Shown in pieces: positions 56,040 through 64,000 of a DNA stretch of 64,000 nucleotides. The translations under genes and the position numbers were made by a program. The first letter of the stretch is position 1. Each line of letters opens with the position of its first letter. Where the stretch lies: the NCBI GenBank assembly GCA_964016885.1, contig OZ024760.1, forward strand, positions 30,132,001-30,196,000. The letters are read 5' to 3'. Origin of the DNA: Eledone cirrhosa. Lineage: Eukaryota. The notes beneath the pieces were generated by a model, which had not been told where the DNA came from, ran no database searches, and worked only from the letters and a program-made list of their open reading frames with translations.

Positions 56040-59000
56040 TGTAATGTCATGTAATGTAATGTCATGTAAGGTAATGTAATATTTAATATGTAATGTAATC
56101 TAATGTAACGTAATGTGTAATGTAATGTAATGTAATGTAACATAATGTAATGTAATGTGTAATGTAATGTAATGTAACATAATGTAATGTAATGTGTAAT
56201 GTAATGTAATGTAATGTAATGTGTAATGTGATGTAATGTAATGTAATGTAATGTGTAATGAAATGTAATGTAATGTAATGTAATATAATATGTAATGTAA
56301 TGTAATGTAATGTAATGTAATGTAATGTGTAATGTAAAGTAATGTATGTTATGTAATGTAATGTGTAATGTAATGTAATGTGATGTAATGTAATGTAATG
56401 TGTAATGTAATGTAATGTGTAATGTAATGTAATGTAATGTAATGTAATGTCATGTAAGGTAATGTAATATTTAATATGTAATGTAATGTAATGTAATGTG
56501 TAATGTAATGTAATGTAATGTAATATAATGTAATGTAATGTGTAATGTAATGTAATGTAATGTAATGTAATGTAATGTAATGTGTAATGACATGTAATGT
56601 AATGTAATGTAATGTAATATGTAATGTAATGTGTAATGTAAAGTAATGTAATGTTATGTAATGTAATGTGTAATGTAATGTAATGTGTAATGTAATGTAA
56701 TGTGTAATGTAATGTAATGTAATGTAATGTGTAATGTAATGCAATGTAATGTAACGTAATGTGTAATGTAATGTAATGTAATGTAATGTGTAATGTGTAA
56801 TGTAATTTAATGTAATGTAATGTAATGTAATGTAATGTAATGTAATGTAATGTAATGTAATGTGTAATGTAATGTAACTTAATGTAATTTAATGTAATTT
56901 AATGTAATGTAAAGTAATGTGTAATGTGTAATGTAATTTAATGTAATGTAATATAATGTAATGTAATGTAATGTGTAATGTAATGTAACTTAATGTAATG
57001 TAATGTAGTGTAATGTAATGTAATGTAATGTAATGTAATATGTAATGTAATGTAATGTAATGTAATTTAATGTAATGTCTAATGTAATGTAATGCAATGT
57101 AATGTAATGTAATATGTAATGTAATGTAATGTAATGTAATGTAATTTAATGTAATGTCTAATGTAATGTAATGTGTAATGTGTAATGTAATGTAATATAA
57201 TGTAACGTAATGTGTAATGCGTAATGTAATGTAATGTAATGTAATGTAATGTAATGTAATGTAATGTAATGTAATGTAATGTAATGTAATGTAATGTAAT
57301 GTAATGTAATGTCTAATGTAATGTAACGTAGTGTAATGTAATGTATTGTAATGTAATGTAATATGTGATGTAATGTAATGTAATGTAATGTAATGTAATG
57401 TGTAATGTAATGTAATGTAATGTGTAATGTAATGTAATGTAATGTAATGTAATGTAATGTGTAACTTAATGTAATGTAATGTAATGTAATGTAATGTAAT
57501 GTAATGTAATGTAATGTGTAATGTAATGTAATGTAATGTAATGTAATGTAATGTAACATGTAATGTAAGTTAATGTAATGCAATGTAATGTAATGTAATG
57601 TGTAATGTAATGTAATTTAATGTAAAGTCTAATGTAACGTAATGTAATGTAATGTAATGTAATGTAATGTAATGTGATGTAATGTGTAATGTAATGTGTA
57701 ATGTAATGTAATGTAATTTAATGTAATGTCTAATGTAATCTAGTGTAATGTAATGTAATGTAATGTAATGTAATGTAATGTAATGTGTAATGTAATGTAA
57801 TGTAATGTAATGTAATGTGTAATGTAATGTAATGTAATGTAATGTAATGTAATGCAACGTAATGTAATTTAATGTATTGTAATGTGTAATGTAATGTAAT
57901 GTAATGTAATGTAATGTAATGTAATGTAATGTAACGTAACTTAATGTAATGTAATGTGTAATGCAATGTAATGTAATGTAATGTGTAATGTAATGTAATG
58001 TAATGTGTAATGTAATGTAATGTAATGTGTAATGTGTAATGTGTAATGTAATGTAATGTAATGTAATGTGTAATGTAATGTAATTTAATGTAATGTCTAA
58101 TGTAATGTAATGTAATGTAATGTAATGTAATGTAATGTAATGTGTAATGTAACGTAATGTTTAACGTAACTTAATGTTTAATGTAATGTAATGTAATGTA
58201 ATGTAATGTAATGTGTAATGTAATGTAATGTAATGTAATGTAATGTAATGTAATGTGAAATGTAATGTAATGTAATGTAATGTAATGTAATATAATGCAA
58301 TGTAATATGTAATGTAATTTAATGTAATGTAATGTAATGTAATGTAATGTAATGTAATGTAATGTGTAATGTAATGTAATGTAATGTAATGTAATGTAAT
58401 GTAACGTAATGTAATGTAATGTAAGGTAATGTATAATGTAATGTAATGTAATGTAATGTAATGTAATGTAATGTGTAATGTAATGTAATGTAATGTAAAA
58501 TAATGTAATGTAATGTGTAATGTAATGTAATGTAATGTGTAATGTAATGTAATGTAATGTAATGTAATATAATGTAATGTAATGTAATGTAATGTAATGT
58601 AATGTAATGTAATGTAATGTGTAATGTAATGTAATGTAATGTAATGTAATGTCATGTAATGTAATGTCATGTAAGGTAATGTAATATTTAATATGTAATG
58701 TAATGTAATGTAACGTAATGTGTAATGTAATGTAATGTAATGTAACATGATGTAATGTAATGTGTAATGTAATGTAATGTAATGTAATGTGTAATGTGAT
58801 GTAATGTAATGTAATGTAATGTGTAATGAAATGTAATGTAATGTAATGTAATATAATATGTAATGTAATGTAATGTAATGTAATGTAATGTAATGTATAA
58901 TGTAAAGTAATGTATGTTATGTAATGTAATGTGTAATGTAATGTAATGTGATATAATGTAATGTAATGTGTAATGTAATGTAATGTGTAATGTAATGTAA

Positions 59001-62000
59001 TGTAATGTAATGTCATGTAAGGTAATGTAATATTTAATATGTAATGTAATGTAATGTAATGTGTAATGTAATGTAATGTAATGTAATATAATGTAATGTA
59101 ATGTGTAATGTAATGTACTGTAATGTAATGTGTAATGTGATGTAATGTAATGTAATGTAATGTGTAATGACATGTAATGTAATGTAATGTAATGTAATAT
59201 GTAATGTAATGTGTAATGTAAAGTAATGTAATGTTATGTAATGTAATGTGTAATGTAATGTAATGTGTAATGTAATGTAATGTAATGTAATGTGTAATGT
59301 AATGCAATGTAATGTAAGGTAATGTGTAATGTAATGTAATGTAATGTAATGTGTAATGTGTAATGTGTAAAGTAATTTAATGTAATGTAATGTAATGTAA
59401 TGTAATGTAATGTAATGTAATGTAATGTAATGTAATGTAATGTAATGTGTAATGTAATGTAACTTAATGTAATTTAATGTAATTTAATGTAATGTAAAGT
59501 AATGCGTAATGTGTAATGTAATGTAACTTAATGTAATGTAATGTAATGTAATGTAATGTAATGTAATGTAATGTAATATGTAATGTAATGTAATGTAATG
59601 TAATTTAATGTAATGTCTAATGTAATGTAATGCAATGTAATGTAATATGTAATCTAATGTAATGTAATGTAATTTAATGTAATGTCTAATGTAATGTAAT
59701 GTGTAATGTGTAATGTAATGCAATATAATGTAACGTAATGTGTAATGCGTAATGTAATGTAATGTAATGTAATGTAATGTAATGTAATGTAATATGTAAT
59801 GTAATGTAATGTAATTTAATGTAATGTCTAATGTAATGTAATGTAGTGTAATGTAATGTATTGTAATGTAATGTAATATGTGATGTAATGTAATGTAATG
59901 TAATGTAATGTAATGTAATGTGTAATGTAATGTAATGTAATGTGTAATGTAATGTAATGTAATGTAATGTAATGTAATGTAATGTAATGTAATGTGTAAT
60001 GTAATGTAATGTAATGTAATGTAATGTAATGTAATGTAACATGTAATGTAAGTTAATGTAATGCAATGTAATGTAATGTAATGTGTAATGTAATGTAATT
60101 TAATGTAAAGTCTAATGTAACGTAATGTAATGTAATGTAATGTAATATAATGTGTAATGTAATGTAACGTAATGTAATGTAACTTAATGTTTAATGTAAT
60201 GTAATGTAATGTAATGTAATGTAATGTGTAATATAATGTAATGTAATGTAATGTAATGTAATGTAATGTAATGTGATGTAATGTGTAATGTAATGTGTAA
60301 TGTAATGTAATGTAATTTAATGTAATGTCTAATGTAATCTAGTGTAATGTAATGTAATGTAACGTAATGTAATGTAATGTAATGTGTAATGTAATGTAAT
60401 GTAATGTAATGTAATGTGTAATGTAATGTAATGTAATGTAATGTAATGTAATGTAATGTAATGCAACGTAATGTAATTTAATGTATTGTAATGTGTAATG
60501 TAATGTAATGTAATGTAATGTAATGTAATGTAATGTAACGTAACGTAATGTAATGTAATGTGTAATGCAATGTAATGTAATGTAATGTGTAATGTAATGT
60601 AATGTAATGTGTAATGTAATGTAATGTAATGTGTAATGTGTAATGTGTAATGTAATGTAATGTAATGTAATGTGTAATGTAATGTAATTTAATGTAATGT
60701 CTAATGTAATGTAATGTAATGTAATGTAATGTAATGTAATGTAATGTAATGTAATGTGTAATGTAACGTAATGTTTAACGTAACTTAATGTTTAATGTAA
60801 TGTAATGTAATGTAATGTAATGTAATGTGTAATGTAATGTAATGTAATGTAATGTAATGTAATGTAATGTAATGTGAAATGTAATGTAATGTAATGTAAT
60901 GTAATGTAATATAATGCAATGTAATATGTAATGTAATTTAATGTAATGTAATGTAATGTAATGTAATGTAATGTAATGTAATGTGTAATGTAATGTAATG
61001 TAATGTAATGTAATGTAACGTAATGTAATGTAATGTAAGGTAATGTATAATGTAATGTAATGTAATGTAATGTAATGTAATGTAATGTAATGTAATGTGT
61101 AATGTAATGTAATGTAATGTGTAATGTAATATAATGTAAAATAATGTAATGTAATGTGTAATGTAATGTAATGTAATGTGTAATATAATGTAATGTAATG
61201 TAATGTAATGTAATGTAATGTAATGTAATGTAATGTAATGTAATGTAATGTGTAATGTAATGTAATGTAATGTAATGTAATGTAATGTAATGTCATGTAA
61301 TGTAATGTCATGTAAGGTAATGTAATATTTAATATGTAATGTAATGTAATGTAACGTAATGTGTAATGTAATGTAATGTAATGTAACATAATGTAATGTA
61401 ATGTGTAATGTAATGTAATGTAATGTAATGTGTAATGTAATGTAATGTAATGTAATGTAATGTGTAATGAAATGTAATGTAATGTAATGTAATATAATAT
61501 GTAATGTAATGTAATGTAATGTAATGTAATGTGTAATGTAAAGTAATGTATGTTATGTAATGTAATGTGTAATGTAATGTAATGTAATGTGATGTAATGT
61601 AATGTAATGTGTAATGTAATGTAATGTGTAATGTAATGTAATGTAATGTAATGTCATGTAAGGTGATGTAATATTTAATATGTAATGTAATGTAATGTAA
61701 TGTGTAATGTAATGTAATGTAATGTAATATAATGTAATGTAATGTGTAATGTAATGTAATGTAATGTAATGTAATGTGTAAAGTGATGTAATGTAATGTA
61801 ATGTAATGTGTAATGACATGTAATGTAATGTAATGTAATGTAATGTAATGTAATATGTAATGTAATGTGTAATGTAAAGTAATGTAATGTTATGTAATGT
61901 AATGTGTAATGTAATGTAATGTGTAATGTAATGTAATGTAATGTAATGTGTAATGTAATGCAATGTAATGTAAGGTAATGTGTAATGTAATGTAATGTAA

Positions 62001-63750
62001 TGTAATGTGTAATGTGTAATGTAATTTAATGTAATGTAATGTAATGTAATGTAATGTAATGTAATGTAATGTAATGTAATGTAATGTAATGTGTAATGTA
62101 ATGTAACTTAATGTAATTTAATGTAATTTAATGTAATGTAAAGTAATGTGTAATGTGTAATGTAATTTAATGTAATGTAATATAATGTAATGTAATGTAA
62201 TGTGTAATGTAATGTAACTTAATGTAATGTAATGTAATGTAATGTAATGTAATGTAATGTAATGTAATATGTAATGTAATGTAATGTAATGTAATTTAAT
62301 GTAATGTCTAATGTAATGTAATGCAATGTAATGTAATATGTAATGTAATGTAATGTAATGTAATTTAATGTAATGTCTAATGTAATGTAATGTGTAATGT
62401 GTAATGTAATGTAATATAATGTAACGTAATGTGTAATGTGTAATGTAATGTAATGTAATGTAATGTAATGTAATGTAATGTAATATGTAATGTAATGTAA
62501 TGTAATTTAATGTAATGTCTAATGTAATGTAATGTAGTGTAATGTAATGTATTGTAATGTAATGTAATATGTGATGTAATGTAATGTAATGTAATGTAAT
62601 GTAATGTAATGTGTAATGTAATGTAATGTAATGTGTAATGTAATGTAATGTAATGTAATGTAATGTAATGTAATGTGTAATGTAATGTAATGTAATGTAA
62701 TGTAATGTAATGTAATGTAATGTAACATGTAATGTAAGTTAATGTAATGCAATGTAATGTAATATTATGTAATGTAATGTAATGTGTAATGTAATGTAAT
62801 TTAATGTAAAGTCTAATGTAACGTAATGTAATGTAATGTAATGTAATGTGTAATGTAATGTAACGTAATGTAATGTAACTTAATGTTTAATGTAATGTAA
62901 TGTAATGTAATGTAATGTAATGTGTAATATAATGTAATGTAATGTAATGTAATGTAATGTAATGTGATGTAATGTGTAATGTAATGTGTAATGTAATGTA
63001 ATGTAATTTAATGTAATGTCTAATGTAATCTAGTGTAATGTAATGTAATGTAATGTAATGTAATGTAATGTAATGTGTAATGTAATGTAATGTAATGTAA
63101 TGTAATGTGTAATGTAATGTAATGTAATGTAATGTAATGTAATGTAATGCAAGGTAATGTAATTTAATGTATTGTAATGTGTAATGTAATGTAATGTAAT
63201 GTAATGTAATGTAATGTAATGTAACGTAACGTAATGTAATGTAATGTGTAATGCAATGTAATGTAATGTAATGTGTAATGTAATGTAATGTAATGTGTAA
63301 TGTAATGTAATGTAATGTGTAATGTGTAATGTGTAATGTGTAATGTAATGTAATGTAATGTGTAATGTAATGTAATTTAATGTAATGTCTAATGTAATGT
63401 AATGTAATGTAATGTGTAATGTAACGTAATGTTTAACGTAACTTAATGTTTAATGTAATGTAATGTAATGTAATGTAATGTAATGTGTAATGTAATGTAA
63501 TGTAATGTAATGTAATGTAATGTAATGTAATGTGAAATGTAATGTAATGTAATGTAATGTAATGTAATATAATGCAATGTAATATGTAATGTAATTTAAT
63601 GTAATGTAATGTAATGTAATGTAATATAATGTAATGTGTAATGTAATGTAATGTAATGTAATGTAATGTAATGTAACGTAATGTAATGTAATGTAAGATA
63701 ATGTATAATGTAATGTAATGTAATGTAATGTAATGTAATGTAATGCGTAA
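56040..63750 (+). repeat. Distinct higher-order repeat domain, ~2.6 kb unit, 3 copies
   Basis: Landmarks in triplicate: GTCATGTAAGGT 56061/58666/61307 and 56449/59012/61653, AATGACATG 56586/59166/61812, AAGTTAATG 57567/60050/62736, AAAGTCT 57624/60107/62808, AATCTAGTG 57737/60336/63027, TGTTTAACGTAACTT 58158/60772/63430. Confidence 0.93.
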
Positions 63751-64000
63751 TGTAATGTAATGTAATGTGTAATGTAATGTAATGTAATGTAATGTACTGT
63801 ACTGTAATGTAATGTAATGTAATGTAATGTAATGTAATGTAATATGTAATGTAATGTAATGTAATGTAATTTAATGTAATGAAATGTAATGTAATGTAAT
63901 GTAATGTAATGTAATGTAATGTAATGTAATGTGTAATGTAATGTAATGTAATGTGTAATGTAATGTGTAATGTAATGTAATGTAATGTAATGTGTATTGT

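Larger units (their letters stand above)
8639..64000 (+). repeat. (AATGT)n pentanucleotide satellite array, right of the SINE; continues beyond the window end
   Basis: Same monomer, orientation and variant vocabulary as 1-8436. No other non-satellite sequence seen in 55 kb. Confidence 0.99.

Noticed and set aside
621-62752. Over 100 minus-strand ORFs up to 735 aa encoding (HYITL)n or (HCIAL)n
   Set aside because: (ACATT)n has no stop codon in any frame, and because 5 and 3 are coprime all three frames give the same pentapeptide. The + strand has TAA every 5 nt. The ORFs overlap in all frames, mostly start at alternative codons created by variants, and are frameshifted by 7-mers. They are artefacts.
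1-64000. CRISPR array or other prokaryotic repeat-spacer system
   Set aside because: There are no unique spacers between constant 23-50 bp repeats, no leader and no cas genes. The intervals between landmarks are satellite.
1-64000. Telomeric repeat tract
   Set aside because: AATGT lacks the G-runs of TTAGGG/TTAGG-type repeats, and inherited kb-scale variant patterns indicate recombinational amplification rather than telomerase synthesis. A subtelomeric location cannot be excluded.
1-64000. Variants as sequencing noise or a synthetic low-complexity artefact
   Set aside because: Rare variants recur in the same order at kb-scale periods and 1-bp indels are essentially absent, which random error would not produce. 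Exact block copy number still needs read support.

Overview
This window contains no credible genes. About 99.7% of it is one eukaryotic simple satellite, (AATGT)n = (ACATT)n on the minus strand, in a single orientation throughout. The only non-satellite sequence is a ~200-bp tRNA-derived SINE on the minus strand (8437-8639). It has A and B boxes, a ~20-bp target-site duplication, a short duplication of its own 5' end, and tail microhomology to a variant monomer. From memory, not from a search, it resembles octopus/cephalopod SINEs. The satellite is not featureless: rare variant monomers recur in a fixed order and reveal kilobase-scale higher-order repeats (HORs) in domains with different periods (about 1.1, 1.2, 3.4, 2.7-3.8, 3.0, 5.2 containing 1.8, and 2.6 kb). 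Every unit I could parse is 5 or 7 nt long. All ORFs in the track are HYITL-repeat artefacts of the stop-free minus strand. Landmark coordinates were read by eye and may be off by a few bases; domain boundaries are approximate.
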